64,000 nucleotides of DNA from Piromyces finnis finn (GCA_002104945.1 MCFH01000010.1:248001-312000); one strand, 5' to 3'; shown: positions 34,801 through 49,544, counted from the stretch's first letter. A program made the numbers and translations. The notes: generated by a model not told the origin, from the sequence alone.

Positions 34801-35860
34801 TTTATACCTTATTTTATGAAATTTATATTATTTTAAATATATATTAATTTTTGTAGTAATTATTAAAATTAACAATGGATATAAATAATATTAATAAGAA
34901 ATTAATATTACTGGTGTTTTTAAAGTATAAACAATAAATTGTTTTAAATAGAATATTATGATTTGGGAATATTGTTATTATTATTTTTTTTTATACATAT
35001 AATAGAAAAAATAACTCAATAAATAAACTTTTATTTTTCATATAACAAACAATAATATAATTAAATACTTTATATTAATACTTATTAATATTTGTATGTA
35101 CTATATATGTATATTTAAAAAAAAGAGTATTTTTTTTAGAATGTAAATATATAAAATAATTTAAAAATACTATCATTTTTTTTACTTATACGTTTAATTT
35201 ATACTTTATCTAAAATATTAATATTCTTTAAAAATATTATTTGATTATTATTTTTTTTTTTAATCTTTATTTTTATTCTTATTAATTATTGATAAAAGTG
35301 AAAACAAAAACAAAAACAAAAACAAAAAAAACAAAACAAAAAAAACAAAACAAAACAAAAAAAAAAAAAAAAAAACTACACTTTTTAAGAGAAAAAAAAT
35401 AAAATATATTAAGAAAAATACATATTATAATTTTTTTCACCTTGATTTTATAGTATTTATATGTATATATATATTTAGTTATTTAAAGAGTAAACAATAT
35501 TTCTTTTTGTTGGATTTATATATATTAAAACAATACTAAAAAATTGATATTATATTATTGATTTTGATTTAAAAATATTATATAATTAGATATTAAAGAA
35601 AATAATATGTTACCATAAAAATTAAAATATGTTGTTTTCAATTTTTATTTTTAATTTTTAATTTTTATTAAATAATTTTATTAATTTTATTTATTTATTT
35701 ATATTACTCTTGAGTAATTTATTTTTATTTTATTTTATTAATTCATTTATTTTGTTTTTATTTATTTTTATTTATAATATAATTTATTTTTAAATTCATT
35801 TTCTTCATTTTGTATATATATTTTTTTATTTTATTTTTTTCTTCTTAAAATTTTTTATTT

Positions 35861-36533
35861 TTATGTTGACTTTTCCTTCTTTTTAGCTTGTTGTTGTCCA
35901 GAAATGTATAAGTATCCGAAAATAGCACTTACACCAAGAATTAAAGTAAGTAATGGAAGAATGACAGCATATTTTCTTGGTAAGAAATATGATTGAATTT
36001 TACTGTCTTGTGGGAAGAAAGGCTATTATGAAAAATTTAAAGATGGAATAAATTAAATTATAAATTTAATATCTATGTTAGCATAATTATAATATAAATA
36101 ATATAATAATTTTTTATATAATGTAAATTTGTAAATATAATTATTTTATTAAAAAATACCAAAATAATAGCCCATAAAGTGTAGTATCCACAAACAATAG
36201 ATCCAATAGCAATGAATACTGAACCAACAATTTTATCAATTAAAGCCTTTAATGAAAAAGTTATTTATTTTTATTATGCAATTATATTTCATTATTTACA
36301 TATACATTTAGAATTATTATATCCACATATCCATAAATATTTTTGTTTATTAACATATAAAAATTATTATAATATATAAATATATATAAATAATTAATTT
36401 TTTAAGAGATTAGCATAAATTAGTAACAAGTTATTATATATATTACTGAAGCTAAAATATAATTTTAATTTAAAGTTACTAAATTTTAAATTATTCATAT
36501 ATATTAATTTTGAAATTTCAAAGGACTTACCAT
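35861..36533 (-). CDS. DPM2: Dolichol-phosphate mannose synthase regulatory subunit 2, 3 coding exons
   Basis: ATG|gtaagt at 36533-36531; exon 2 ALIDKIVGSVFIAIGSIVCGYYTLWAIIL; exon 3 PFFPQDSKIQSYFLPRKYAVILPLLTLILGVSAIFGYLYISGQQQAKKKEKST, TAA at 35861. YYTxWxILxPF and YFLPRxYAV are DPM2 signatures. Not in the ORF track. Confidence 0.93.
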
Positions 36534-36672
36534 CTAAATAAATACATTTATATTTTTATTTAAAAATAATGAAATAAATATAAAATATAAAATAGATAAT
36601 TAAAATTAATATTGAGATGGATTTATCATAACTTTTTACAATAATATTTATTTTATATATTTATTTTAATAT

Positions 36673-36713
<41 letters not shown>

Positions 36714-36950
36714 AACTTAACATTTATGCTTACTTTTAATTTAAGAAGTTATTTAAAAAAAGTTATAACAAATAATATAAAAAAATTTTTACTATTATTT
36801 ATAATACTTATTTTTTTTTTTTTTTTGATACAATTATAACTTCAATATAATTTATTAACCAATAAAATTAAAATATGAAAAATTATTATTATCAATATAT
36901 AATATTTTATTTCATTTTATTTTATTAATACATATAGAATTTTTTTAAAC

Positions 36951-37822
36951 ATGTCCGAATTAACTTCAAAAATTGATGTTGTAGAAAATAAAATAGAATC
37001 ATTGGCAGATGATATAAGTAAAAATGAAAACAAAAACGATGAAGCAAAAAATACAACAATAATTAATAATACACAAAATAATGAAGATAATAAATTACAA
37101 GTAAAGAAGTATTCTGGAAAGATTTTAGAACAATTAAATGGTGTATATTGTGTTAATAAACCTATTGGATTAAGTAGTAGTGATGTTGTTACTATATTAA
37201 AAAATAAAGTAACCCGTCAACTTATTTCTTCAAATTTAATTGATAAAAGAAAGAAAAAGAGAAATATGATTAAAATAGGTCATGGAGGTACTTTAGATCC
37301 GTTAGCTTCTGGTTGTTTAGGTTTTTATTTTATTTTATTTTTTATGATAAAAAAAAATATAATCTCATAATCTTGAGATTTAACGACAAATATAAACTAT
37401 TTTTATTTTTGAGTATAAACAATAATAATAAAATTATTTAGTATTAATTTTATATATTTTATTTTAAATATTATATATATATGGAGAACAGTTATTGGAT
37501 TGTTTAAAGGTACAAAAATGTTGAATAGTTTGTTATCTGGTTCAAAAGTAACATTTAATATTTAATATTTATTTATTTAATTAAATTTACAAAAAAAAAA
37601 TATTGCTAAATATAAATATATAAATATAAAATAAAATATAATAAATAATAATATTGTAGGTTTATGAGGCTGTTGGCCGTTTTGGCAGTAGTACTGAAAC
37701 TTATGATTGTCTTGGTGAAATGGTAGAAGAAAAACCTTATCAACATATTACTAAAGAAAAACTTGAAGAAGTACTAAAAAGTTTTGTTGGAGAAATTGAA
37801 CAATTTCCACCAATGTAAATAT

Positions 37823-37883
<61 letters not shown>

Positions 37884-38464
37884 TAATAATAATATAATGA
37901 TTAATTAATACTAAAGTTATTTTTTATATATTGAACGCAATTAGTTATTCAGCATTAAAAGTTAACGGAAAGCCAATGTATGAATATGCGAAGACCGGTC
38001 AAGAATTACCAAAAGAAATAAAATCTAGAAAAATTACTATTCATTCAATTGAATTATTAGATTTCAATAATGAACCATCTAAGACAATGGAAATAGAAGT
38101 TGATAATGAAAATGAAGATTTTACTTTCCAAATGGATACTGATAATAAAGAAGAGAAAAATAATAAAGATAAAAAACAACAAGCTTGTATGAATAAAGAT
38201 GCAAAAAGAAGATTCCAATTTAAAAATAAAGCAGTTGCTAATACTAAATTACCAGAAGGTCCAACATTCCGTTTCAGAGTTGAATGTGGTGGTGGTACAT
38301 ATATTCGTTCATTAATTCATGATATTGGTCAAAAGCTTGATTCTACTGCTCATATGGTTTCTTTGATAAGAAGCAAGCAAGGTCCATTTAAAGTAGAAGA
38401 AGCTTTATCTATAAAAGACTGTGATGATTTAAATACAATTAAAAATGCAATGAAACATGTTTAA
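36951..38464 (+). CDS. PUS4: tRNA pseudouridine(55) synthase, TruB family, 4 exons
   Basis: NGVYCVNKPIGLSSSDVV; catalytic KIGHGGTLDPLASG; YEAVGRFGSSTETYD; EQFPPIYSALKVNGKPMYEYA; CGGGTYIRSLIHDIG. Confidence 0.95.
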
Positions 38465-38778
38465 TTGATTATATTATTCTATTCATTTAAATATATATAT
38501 ATTTAGAAGCATTTAAAATTATTTTTATTTGTAATTTATAAAAAAAAATGTAATTAATAAATAATAAAAGTTTAACATTTTTTAACATTTTAAATCAAGA
38601 TTTTATCCAATCAAAAGAAAAAATTTTTTTTTAATATTACTTTTTTTTTTAAAATTTTATAATTTTTTATTTTATTCCATATTAACCATACTTTATATAG
38701 TATTAATTTTTAAATTCTATCAGTATATTATTACAAACAAGACGAATTATATAGAGTATTACTTTTAATATTAGTATT

Positions 38779-41412
38779 ATGGCGGAAGAATTTAATATTG
38801 ACGATTATAACACCATTACTGAAGGTTCTGCAACAATCCTTTTCCCAAAAGCAAATGATGTTTTCTACAATCCAATTCAACATTTTAATCGTGATATGGT
38901 ATTTATTATTAAAACAATATATTTTAACAAGTCAAATAGTATAGTATTCATCTATTAATTAAACATATATAAATATAATTCAATCAATACCTTATTTTAT
39001 ATTATTCAATTTCTAAAAATTCCCAATTAGTCAACAGCTGCAATTAAAACATGGCAAAAACAATTCTTAAAAGAAAAAAGAGAAAAATTAAATAAAAAAA
39101 ATGCTGCCAAGGGAAATACCGATATTAAACCAGAACAACAAAGTAATATATATTTTTGAAAATTGAGAATTTATTAATTCCACATTAGAAATCCGAAAAT
39201 TTATTTATACTCTTTTATTTATTTTTATTTTATTTATTTATTTTTTTTAATTATATATTTAAAATATTTAAACTTTAAATATTTAAAGACGACAAATTAG
39301 GAATTACTATATTAGAAGCATTAGCTGCTTCCGGTTTACGTTCAATTCGTTATGCAAAAGAAATTGGAAATGTTAAAAAAATTTTATCAAATGATATGAG
39401 TGAAGAAGCTGTTGATTCAATTAAACGTAATGTAAAATATAATAAAGTTGAGGATATTGTAATCCCAAATAAGGGTGATGCTATGTAAATATATATATAT
39501 AAATTTTTTTCAAATGAAATGAAATTATTTTCAATTTTATCAAAGCAAGTTTTATAAATTAAAATAATTAATTAGATTTAAATAAAAACTCTTATTTTAT
39601 TAATATAGGATGGTTATGTATGAAAACAGGGATGCATTCAAGCGTTTTGATGTTATTGATTTAGTATGTATTAATTTTATCATTTTGTATATTAAAAATA
39701 TATAATATTTAAAGATGTAAATATTGACAATAATTATTAAAAAAAAAAAAAATTAGGATCCATATGGCTCAGCTTCCCCATTCCTTGATGGTGCTGTTCA
39801 AGCTGTTTCTGATGGAGGTCTTTTATGTATAACCTGTACTGATATGGCTGTATTATGTTCAGGAGGACAAACTGAAGCTTGTTGGGCTAAGTATGGTGGT
39901 GTTCCAATTCCAAATAGTCCATATTGTCATGAAATGGTAAATTATTTTTTATTAAGCATTAAATTTTAGAAAATATAGTTTTGAGACATATTAAATGAAG
40001 AATATATATATATACAGGCTTTACGTATCCTTCTTCATGCTGTTCAATCATCCGCTGCTAGATACAGAAGAACAATTGTACCATTACTTTCTTGTAGTAT
40101 TGATTTTTATATTAGAGTTTTTGTTAAGGTTTATACTTCTGCTTCAATGGTTAAGCAAGCTGCTAGGTACATATATTTAATATTATTATATATAGAAAAA
40201 TGATAGAATCATTATTAATAAATATTTAAATGATAATCTTATAGTAAATCATCAGTAGTTTATCATTGCACTGGTTGTAAATCATTTGCTACAAATCCAT
40301 TTGGAAAATTCCTTCAAAATGGAAACAGTCGTGTATACAAAGTTAACACTGGTCCAACTGTTAATTCAACTTGTAATATTTGTGGTTCGAAATATCATGT
40401 AAGTATTAATAGTGTTCTTGATTATGTTAATAAATAACTAAAATAACTAAATATGAATCGTTTTTAAAATATTTATATAAGGTTGGTGGTCCATTCTATT
40501 CTGAACCAATTCATGATCCAGAATTTGTTAAAGAAATGCTTCAACATGTCAAAGAATCAGAAGATAAATATAAAACTCATAAGCGTATGATAGGAATGTT
40601 AACCGTTATTTCAGAAGTATGAAAAACTTTTTGATGATTTTTATTACTTTTTATTCAATGAATTTTTATTAACTTCAAAATTCATATTAGGAACTTCCAT
40701 TACCATTCTTCTATACTTCTGCAACATTAGCTTCAACTCTTCGTTGCAATGTTCCACCATTAGTAACCTTATGGTATTGTATTAGTATTATAATCCTTAA
40801 GTCAATCATTATTTATGCATTAATAAATTCTATTATTAAATATATATAATAGTTCTGCTATCTTAAATAAAGGATACAAAGTTTCTATTTCACATACCAA
40901 TTGTATGGCTATTAAAACTGATGCTAATCCAGAAGTTGTATGGGATATTATGAGATGCTGGGTAAAGAAGAATCCACTTACAAAAAAACATAATGACTCG
41001 GAAGTTGTTGCTAAAATCTTAAAAATCGAACCAAGGTATATGCTAATGAATAAATAAGCAATGATATATAATTTTTAATAATAAAATTAGTAATGTATAT
41101 ATATTAATAAAATTTTAATTAAATTATAGTTTCGAAGCTGATTTTACCACTCACAAAGATGCTAACCCAACTTCAAGAAAAATTAAATTAGTCCGTTTCC
41201 AAGAAAACCCAACAAAGTTCTGGGGACCAAAGTCCAGACCAAAGAAGAGGTAAATAATGATTAACATATTTAATTATAGTTAAACTTACCGTTTAATTAA
41301 TAATATTTTAAATAAAAGAGCAATAAATTAATGTATTTTTAAATATATTAGAAAGGAAACCGATTCTGTCAAAGAAGAAAATGTTCAAAAAGTCAAAAAG
41401 ACTACCAATTAA
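38779..41412 (+). CDS. TRM1: tRNA (guanine26-N2,N2)-dimethyltransferase, many exons
   Basis: [28 protein letters not shown]; [19 protein letters not shown]; [35 protein letters not shown]; CHEMALRILL; [13 protein letters not shown]; TAA at 41410-41412. Confidence 0.97.
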
Positions 41413-41843
41413 TATCTTTCATTAATATATATTAAATATTTATTATCTAAAGAGCAATATAATAATAATATCAATAAAAATAAAGAAATACTATTTATAA
41501 ATAATAGTTATAATTAATATAACTTTTTTTTTATTATAGAATAAATGAATAAAATCTTTTTATTAAAAAACTTTAAAAGCTTGTTTTTTTTTTTTGTGAT
41601 ACAAAATTTTAATTTGAATATATATTTTTTATTTTAAATAATAAATTATTTGTTATACCAAGAAAAATAAAATAAAATAAAATTATATTATAATAAAAAT
41701 AATAAAACATAACATTAAAATAACCAAATTTAATTGTATATAAGTTACTTTTAATATAAATTTGAAAGTTTTAGAAATTTAAGAAAAGAAGGAAAAGAGA
41801 AAATTTTTAAAATATATATATATATATATAATATATATCTAAG

Positions 41844-43419
41844 ATGAATAATATAATAAATAATGATAAAATGAATGTATTAAAAGAGAATGAAAGAATC
41901 TATAAAATTTCAAATGATTATAATTATACTATACCTGATACTTTAACAAATTATGAACAAAATAGAACAAATCATACCCCATTAGTTATCGATATAGGTT
42001 TTTAATTTAAAATATATTTATATTTTATTGATAATAATAATATTAATAATAATATAAAATAATTGTATATTTTTATATACTATTATAATTTTTATAATTA
42101 ACATAATTTTTTAATGTTATAAACATTTTTTATTTTTATTTTTATTTATTACATTCAATAAAGGAACAAGTCAAGTAAATGCAGGATGGGCAACGGATTC
42201 CTCTCCGTATCGTAAGTATTAATAATGAAAACAAAATATCAATATATTGCTTATAATTTTTATTTTTATTAGTGAAATCTAATTTTAGTAAATAATTCGA
42301 AATGTTATATGATATTATATATAATTTATTAATTGAAATTTAACTACTTTTAATAATTAAATTTTAAAAAGTTCAATTTCCTACTATTGTCTCAAAATTT
42401 AAAGATAGAAAAACTTCTAAAAATGTAATTTATATTGGAAATGAAATTTATAGAGGTGAAACATTTTCAAGATCAAATCTTCGAAGTCCATATGATAGTA
42501 ATGTAATAATTAATCCAGAATTATTAGTAAGAACTTTTTTTTTTTTTTTTTATTTATTATTTTTTATTTTATTTTATTATATTTTATTTTATTTTTTAAA
42601 TATAAAATATATTAATAATTAATTTTCAACTAAATATATTAAATATAAAATTCAAATGGTGTTATTATTTATAATTAAAAAAAATAAGGAATACATGATG
42701 GATTATATATTTTTAAAATTGAATGTCAATTCAACCATTGAAAATCCAGTTGTTATGACAGAAACTTTATGTAATCCAAATTACAGTAGAAAATGTAAAT
42801 TAAAATTTTCATATAAATGTTTATATTATTGAACTTTACGAAAGATATTAAATGTAAAAATGTTATCAATTTTAAAATTTTAATGTTAAACAATTTTAAA
42901 AATAGTGGTATCTGAATTAATGTTCGAATGTTATAACGTACCATCAATATGCTATGGTATTGATTCGCTATTTAGTTATTATCAAAATAATAGTTCATTT
43001 GATAATGGTATTGTCATTTCTTCAGGAAATCATAGTACGCATGTAATACCCGTAGTAGATAATAGAGGTGTATTAAATTTAAGTCAAAGGTAGAGATAAA
43101 TAACAATTATAAACAATTAGAAATTTAACAAATACTAAAATCATATATAAATATAATATTAGACTAAATTATGGTGGTTATGAAGCAGCGGAATATATGT
43201 TAAAACAATTACAATTTAAATATCCAACATTCCCAAGTAGAATGACAAACACTCAAGCGCAGGAACTTACTCAAAAGTATTGCCATGTATCTCTTGATTA
43301 TTCAAAAGAACTCGAAAAAATAAGTAAGCCTGAAAGTAGAAAGGATGATATAGTAATACAATTTCCATATACACCTGTGGTAAGGATTCTGAAATTCCTT
43401 TATCATCATCATCATCATC

Positions 43420-43483
<64 letters not shown>

Positions 43484-44836
43484 GTATTTTCTTTTATTAT
43501 AAATATATATTAAAAACTAAAATATAAAAATTATAAAATAATTAATAGATTGCTGAGGAAATAGATGAAGAAGAATTAAAACGAAGAGAACAACAAAGAA
43601 AAGAGCAGGGAACAAGATTACAAAAACAAGCAGCGAAGCAAAGAGAAGAAAAAGTAATAAAAAATATATAAAGAAATATAATTATAGTATAATAAAAACT
43701 TCTGTAAATATTGAATTATATCATATTAAAGTTAAAACAAAAAGTTGAATATTTAGAAGAATTAGAAAAATTAATTAAATTAAAAGATGAAGACGAGGAA
43801 GCATTTAAAGATGGTTTAGATGAATATGAAATGGAAAATGAAGATGATCTTAAAAAAACAATAGATAAATTATCAGCATATATTATAAAAGCGAATAATA
43901 AGAAACTTGGTATAGAGGAAGAAATAAAAGTAGGAATAATAGATATTGATTTGTTGAAAATAAATATATGTATTTAATAATAATTAATGATAATATATAT
44001 AAAGGAAAAACCTGTTTTCCATTTATTAGATATACCAGATGATCAATTAACTCAAGAAGAGAAAAATCAAAAGAGAAGACAAAAAATGTTAAAGGCATCA
44101 TATGAAGCTAGAGAAAAAATAAAAAAAGAAAAAGAAGAAGAAAGATTAAGAATTGTAATAATAAATTTAAATATAATATATATAGCTAAAATTACATTTT
44201 ATTAATAGTTTTCATTATTTAAATCAATCTTTTAAAGGAAAAAGAAAAGAAAGAAGATGAAGAAAGAAGATTAAGAGATCCAGAGGGATGGCTTAAAAAT
44301 ATACATATACAACATAAAGTAATGCAACTAATTATTAACTATTATTATTATTATTATTATTACTATTATTATTATTATTATTTACCTAAATAAATATTTT
44401 ATTTTATAATTTTATTTTTTTTTTCTTTAATAAATAATTTAAGGAAATTCTTCAAAAAATCCAAGAACGTAAAAAGAGAAAAAATCAATTAACAGACCGT
44501 AGAAGTCAAGTTTCTCAATCAAGAATGAGGTTTGTTAATATATTTTTTATGCTTAAATAATAAAATATAATATTAATATATTATAAATAAAAAGATCAAT
44601 AGCACATCTTGCAGATAACGAGGAAATAGCTTCTAAAAGAAGACGCAGAGGTCAAGATGGTTTGTACAAATGATGTATTATTTATTATAGCAAAAATATA
44701 TTATTATATAATTAATTCAATATGTATTTCATATATGCTAGAGGATACTTTTGGTTTAAATGATGATGACTGGTCAATCTATAGAACAATTGTAAAAATA
44801 TTTTATTTTATTTTTTTATTATTATTTATTATTTTA

Positions 44837-44870
<34 letters not shown>

Positions 44871-45588
44871 TTGAATAAAAAAAATTAATAAATTTATAAA
44901 TTATTAGAACAAAGATGAACATTCTGATACTGAGGAAGAAGAAGAAAATCAGTTTAATCATTTGGAAGAATTACTTCAACAGTATGATCCAAATTTTATA
45001 CCTCAAGCTGTTATTGAAAAGAATGAAAAAAAGAAAACAATTATAAGTCAACTTTCTTATGGTTTAGATGGTTATAACGAAGACGATCAAGCTCAGCAAT
45101 ATCAAATGAGATTAAATGTTGAACAAATTCGTATACCAGAAGTTTTATTTCAACCTTCAATTGTTGGTATTGATCAAGCAGGTATAATAGAAATTGTAAA
45201 TGATGCACTTAAGCAATTTTCACAAGAACAACAAAATAAGATGGTTAAGGTATAAAAAATAGTAATATTAATTAGAAATTTCAAAAGCATAAACTTATTA
45301 ATTTCACTTAAATAGAATATATTTTTAACAGGAGGAAATATTAATTATCCTAATATGAAACAAAGAATAATAAATGAAATTAGAGGTATATTACCTTATC
45401 AGACTATATTTGATGTAAAGCAAGCTAGCAATCCGATATTAGATTCATGGAAAGGTGCTGCAAAATGGTCAAGCATAAGTAATCAAGAACAATTTAGAAA
45501 AAGTTGTATTACTAAGCAAATATATGATGAATATGGACATGATTACTTAATAGAATTTCCAATGAGTAATAGATATTTAAATTTTTAA
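41844..45588 (+). CDS. ARP5: Actin-related protein 5 (INO80 complex), multi-exon
   Basis: PLVIDIGTSQVNAGWA; VVMTETLCNPNYSR; MVSELMFECYNVPSICYGIDSLFSY; Arp5-specific charged insertion; DTFGLNDDDWSIYR; QMRLNVEQIRIPEVLFQPSIVGIDQAG; DSWKGAAKW. Confidence 0.93.
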
Positions 45589-45703
45589 ATAAGTCATCAA
45601 TAAATTACCAAAAATAATAAATTATGCTTATTAAATTTAATCATTAAGAATAAAAATAAAATAAACTATTAATTATAATTATAATTATTATTATTATTAT
45701 TAT

Positions 45704-45736
<33 letters not shown>

Positions 45737-46208
45737 AAAAGCGAGAACATAGAAAATTTTTATTTTAAATTATTTTATTAATTTTATTTTATTTTTCTAA
45801 AATTTTCTAATTATAACAGATAAAGTACATAATTTATAACATACTTTTTAAAAATTCTATAAACAACTAAATCCATTTATTTGTTCTTCAAATTATATTA
45901 TATGAAATTTTATTGAGAATTAAATTTTTTGCTTAATAAATACGAGCAAATGAAAAAAAAAAGATGAAAAAAAAAAGTTGAAAAAAAACACATAACAAAA
46001 TAATAATAAAGAAAAGATAATTAAATATAAAACTAATGATAATATTTTAATAAAAAACTAAAAAAAAATATATATAATTAAAGGCATGCTTTAATGGTCC
46101 AACTTAAGTAGTATTTAAATAAGTGATTATAATAAATAAATAAATAATTCCTTTTTTCTTTTTTTCTTTTTTTTCTTTTTCCTTTTTCTTTTCCAACAAA
46201 AATTACAT

Positions 46209-47508
46209 TTATCTTCTTGAAGCCATTCTCTTATTCTTTCCTGGTCTCTTTGCTTTCTTATTTTTAGCTCCACCGAAGGTAGTAGCCTTCATCTTCTTAT
46301 GACTAAATCCAGACATATCTGCAGAAGATTCAGCAGTATTTTGTTTTGATCCACGCTTTTTACCACCATATCCAAATTTCTTGTCTTTAGCTAAACGTTT
46401 TTTACTTTTTTGTGGCTTATTATTTTTATTATCATTGTCATTGAAGTCTAATGATACATCAAAGTCATCATCATTATTATCAGAGCGTTTTCTTTTTAAG
46501 CGGTTGATTTTTTCCATTTCCATCTTCTTATTTTTATTCTTTTCTAAAAGTTTTTCAGTTTGGACCTTTTTACCATACTTTCTTAAATCACGTTGTCTCT
46601 TTGCTGCTTCAGCATTCTTAATAGATTCAGATTCTTCTATCATATTTTGACGTATTTTTGACATTTGTTCATCAGTTTTAACCATTTCAGCGAAATAATC
46701 ATCTGGACGTGAGAATGGTTTGTTTAATTCCTTGTATTTTTTACGTCCTTCAAGTGCAGCAGCTAAACCTTGTTCATAAAATGCTAATTCTCTTTTTAAA
46801 TCATCATGAACTGTTTTGTCATCAATTCCAAGATCTTTATTATATGTAATAGCTTGAAGTTCAATCCATGGAATTTTTACGCCTGGTGTATCTAATCTAA
46901 TTTCATTATATCTTTTATTTAAAGCCGGCTAATTTTGAAATTATTTTAAAATTTTATTTTAAAATTAAACATTAAAAGGTAAATGAATTATTATTTTACT
47001 ATTAGTACTTAATATTTAAATTATTTTTTTTTAATTTTACTATATTTTATTTAATAAGTATTAAAATAATTATAATTACTATATTGTTTATTGCTGGTCT
47101 TTCTTGTTCTTCTTGCTCTTGCTCTTCTTCTTCTTCTTCTTCTTCTTCATCTAAATTTTCTTGATTATCATTTTGTTCATCATTTTCATTTTCTTCTTCT
47201 TCTTGTTCATTATTTTCTTCATTATCAATTTCATTACCATTTCCGACAGTAATGGTTTGTTCTGAAATAAAATCATCAATATCAGCATTATCTGAATCAG
47301 AACTTTCATCATTTTCTTCAACACTTTTTACTTCTTTTTCAACATCTTTAACATTTTTAGAATTCTTTTTATTAGTTTTTGGAGTTTCTTCGATATTTTC
47401 TAATTTTGGAACTTCTTCTTCTAAAGAAACTTCTTCAACTTCTTTTTTTAATTCATTATTCTTTTTTTGTTGAGCTGCTGTCTTTTTTCCCTTTCCACGT
47501 CTAGCCAT
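46209..47508 (-). CDS. EBP2: rRNA-processing protein EBP2, 2 exons
   Basis: VHDDLKRELAFYEQGL...KPFSRPDDYFAEMVKTDEQMSKIR; KYGKKVQTEKL; KDKKFGYGGKKRGSKQNTAESSAD; KRPGKNKR. Confidence 0.96.
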
Positions 47509-48457
47509 TTTTTATTAACTTAAATATATAAATTAAATTGAATATAAATTTTTTGAAATAATTAATTTAATTTGAATAATATTAACAACAATTTAATTTT
47601 AAGTAATGATTATATATATTTTTATTTTTAAAATGATAATAATAATAATAATAATAAAAAAAAAAGAATATTTTTTTTTAATTATGTTAAATTTAATTTA
47701 TTGAGATTTAATTAAATGAAATTTATTAATTTATTACTAATTATAATTAATATATTTTTCTTGGAAGATTTCTTTTATGTATATGTATATTTATTATTAT
47801 GTTATTATCATAAAATATATAGAAAATTTGTTTTAGATAGTTACTTTTATCAAGTCTTTAATAACTTTATATAAAAAAAGTAATTTTAAAAAATATTTTT
47901 TTTAAAAAAAAATATTTATTTTTTTTAAAATAATAATATAAAATAAAATAAAAAAAAAAAAAAAAAAATAAAATTTTAAAATTTTACTGGTTAAAAAAAA
48001 ATTATAAAAAAACAATTATTAAATTCTAAAATTCATTTATTAATATATATTTTAGTTTGGAATTGTAACCAAAGTAGAATGAAAGTTTTACTTAAACTAT
48101 TTTTTCATATATATACTTTTAATGATGGTAAAAAAATATTAATTACTTTATTATTTAATTAATAGATGTCAATTTAACGAAAAATAAATATACCTAAATG
48201 AATAAAACTGAAGTAACTATTAATAACGTAAACACTATTATTTTATATATATTATATATCAAATTTTAATAATGTTGTTATATTATTTGTAATAAAACTC
48301 TAACTTAAATTAAATAATAATTGTTATTAAGATACCATCAACTACCTTATATTTAAAATTGTTAAAGACCTTTATAATAGTACAACTGATACATTACTTT
48401 TTACTACTACATTGTATAATAATAAAAATAATAAAAAATTGTATTACAAAACAAATA

Positions 48458-48498
48458 TAATCCAATCATGGTACATAAATTGTATTTAATCCAATCAT
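48458..48498. promoter_or_regulatory. Tandem TAATCCAATCAT (two CCAAT-box-like sites) in the EBP2/NOL11 divergent intergenic region
   Basis: Exact 12-mer at 48458-48469 and 48487-48498 containing CCAATCA, the HAP/NF-Y consensus. Function untested. Confidence 0.3.
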
Positions 48499-49544
48499 AA
48501 CTAAATTTAAATATCTTTTTTTTTTTTTTTTTTTTTTTTTTTTGGAAATTAATAATTTGGTAAATATAATTATTTAAAAAATGAAATAGGAATTTTTGAA
48601 ATTTTAAGTCTGATTATAATTAAATAATAGCTTTATTTTATTAAATGAATTGCTTATTTATTTTATTGATTTCTTTTGTTTTAAAGTTATATATATAAAA
48701 AACAATAAATTTATATTTATATTTTTTTGGCTATTAATACTTTCTTAAAAATATTGTATATTTTTTATTATTTCATATACTTAAAAGGCGAAATACAAAT
48801 TTAAAAACATTACTCAATAAGAAATTGATAGTCTTTATTTTTTGTAGCATTTTAAAATTTTAATTTTTAATAAAAAAATTGTTTTACTTAATAAATAATC
48901 AATATAAATATTATATTGTTAAACAAATTATGTAATATATGTAATATATTACAAATTTAAAATTTCATTACTTTTTTTTTTTTTTAAATTTTTTTTAAGT
49001 TTTTTTTTTCCTCCTTATTATTTAAATTCAAAGGTTATATTAATTCTTTTTAATAATATTTAGGCTTTAAACCAATTTATTCCTATTTAATTAGTAGTAA
49101 AGAAGAATTATATATACATCATAAACCTTTTTTAACAATAAGGTATAATGTAATGTATATAATAATATATATTATTTTATATTAAAACATTTATTAATTA
49201 AAAATTTATAGATAAAATATAAATTTGGATTCTGGAATTTTTTTTATATATATAAAGTTAAAATTTAAATGATAGTTTGAATTTATTTTATACTAATTAA
49301 TGTCTTATATTGTTTTATATTGTATATTGAAATTCATATTTATCTTTTATTTAATGGTTAATATAAATTAATGAAAAAGAAAAATTTAATAATTTGATTA
49401 AATTCTTTTTCTTCAATATAATTTTGGAATCAATCAGATTTATACAATAAATATATAATTTAATAAGAAATTGGATTAATACATTTTATACCAAAATATA
49501 GAAAATATTTAAATAAAAATATACATTTTAAATTAAATTAAAAT

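Noticed and set aside
40384-40392. GGTTCGA resembling a tRNA T-loop
   Set aside because: It lies inside a TRM1 coding exon (CGSKY) with no cloverleaf around it.
43197-43484. His5/poly-Tyr tail on an ARP5 ORF
   Set aside because: Intron read-through of (CAT)n(TAT)n after the donor at about 43380.
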